Shown: in pieces, positions 63,119 to 64,000 of the stretch
How the letters are laid out: every line of letters starts with the position of its first letter
Numbering within the stretch: position 1 is the stretch's first letter
Assembly: GCA_044229975.1 (NCBI GenBank)
Contig: JBGARZ010000011.1
Coordinates: 192,001 to 256,000 of the forward strand
Direction: 5' to 3'
Source of the DNA: Polyangiales bacterium
GTDB taxonomy: Bacteria > Myxococcota_A > Polyangia > Polyangiales > Ga0077539
Length of the DNA stretch: 64,000 bases
Position numbers and translations under genes: made by a program
Notes under the pieces: generated by a model
What the model saw: only the letters and a program-made list of their open reading frames with translations
The model's database searches: none
Told to the model about the DNA's origin: nothing

Positions 63119-64000
63119 TCAGCGCGCGTTGGGGCCGACGGTGAGCGCGCGCGTCAGTCGGTCGATCCACGCCTCGACCGGCTCCAGTGGTTGGCCGCGG
63201 CGGCCCATCTCCAGCACGAAGTTGTCCCAGTCGATGGTGCCTTCGACGCGCGCCAGGTCGAGCCGTGCGACCACCTGCTTGAGGTTCGCGACGCCCGGGT
63301 CGACCCGCGACATGACCTCATCGAGCAGCGCCGCCGGGAGCGCGGTCGACTCGGCGAGGAGCACGGCGTCGTAGAGGTCCTTGCCTTGCGGGTACACGTC
63401 GGAGAGCAGCCAGAGGAGCTTCCACGCGAGCGACAGCGCCGGCGTCGCGCACAGAACCGTGACGGGCCGTGAGCCGGGCGGCTCGGTCGCGAGCGACACC
63501 CGCACGGGCGCCTCGGGCATCGGCTCTTCGAAGACGAAGTCCATCTGGACCTCGCCGTCGGGAACACCCTGCGCCGTCCACGGCATCACGAGGCGGTAGC
63601 CAGGGACGCGGTCGTAGGTCCAGAGCTTCGTGTAGAGCACGGCGCCCACGAACTCGATGCCCTCCCGCACCGCGCGCCCCTGACCGGAGAAGCGCTTCGT
63701 GAGGTCGCGGCGCAGGTCGGCCGCTTCGGTTCCGTCGAAGCGCCACCCTGCGGGCGCGACCCAGTCGAGGTCGCCCGGCTCGCGCGCGGCGTCGCCGTAC
63801 CACGCACGCATCACGCGGCTGCCGCGCAGCGCGAGAGACGAGCCCAGCGGGTGGGCGGTCACGGTCGTGAGCGCGTAGTCCATCGCGATGCGCCGCGCCG
63901 CGCGCCACGCGGCCTCGGCGTGGGGGTCGTCGAAGTCGGGGTCGCCGCGACGAAAGCCCGCAGCGTAGTGCCGCAGCGCGGGGTCGAAGATCTCGGCGCG
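63119..64000 (-). CDS. AbiEii-like nucleotidyltransferase (5' end outside window)
   Basis: Frame open to the window edge (RAEIFDPALRHY...), LALRGS, REPGDLDW, SLAWKLLWL, QGKDLYDA. Confidence 0.78.
   Translation of the reverse strand, partial: RAEIFDPALRHYAAGFRRGDPDFDDPHAEAAWRAARRIAMDYALTTVTAHPLGSSLALRGSRVMRAWYGDAAREPGDLDWVAPAGWRFDGTEAADLRRDLTKRFSGQGRAVREGIEFVGAVLYTKLWTYDRVPGYRLVMPWTAQGVPDGEVQMDFVFEEPMPEAPVRVSLATEPPGSRPVTVLCATPALSLAWKLLWLLSDVYPQGKDLYDAVLLAESTALPAALLDEVMSRVDPGVANLKQVVARLDLARVEGTIDWDNFVLEMGRRGQPLEPVEAWIDRLTRALTVGPNAR

Overview
Very GC-rich bacterial chromosome segment, most likely Myxococcota (Polyangiales-like). The lineage is inferred from a MYXO-CTERM-type sorting tail, a TIGR04551-like outer-membrane barrel and many Cys-rich lipoproteins with DAG/VDA linkers. 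About 50 CDS are supportable. Housekeeping and stress genes include priA, a 1-Cys peroxiredoxin, adenosine deaminase and katG. A polyhydroxyalkanoate (PHA) locus comprises a mini-PhaE, acyl-CoA synthetase, class III-type PhaC and DoxX, divergent from PhaR and a phasin, with visible PhaR-type operator boxes. It runs directly into a translationally coupled lipoprotein / alpha-beta hydrolase / OM beta-barrel / paralogous lipoprotein unit. Conflict-type modules are a compositionally foreign ABC-ATPase + HNH pair (Septu/PtuAB-like), an atypical Hsp70 + GrpE-like pair facing a Zn-finger/coiled-coil/DUF3626-like protein with an apparent frameshift, a Uma2 nuclease and a partial AbiEii-like nucleotidyltransferase. 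Three families of intergenic palindromic (REP/REPIN/MITE-like) elements are present, one with perfect 94-bp arms. No rRNA, tRNA, CRISPR array, transposase or reverse transcriptase was recognised. All family calls come from motif recognition by eye, not database searches.
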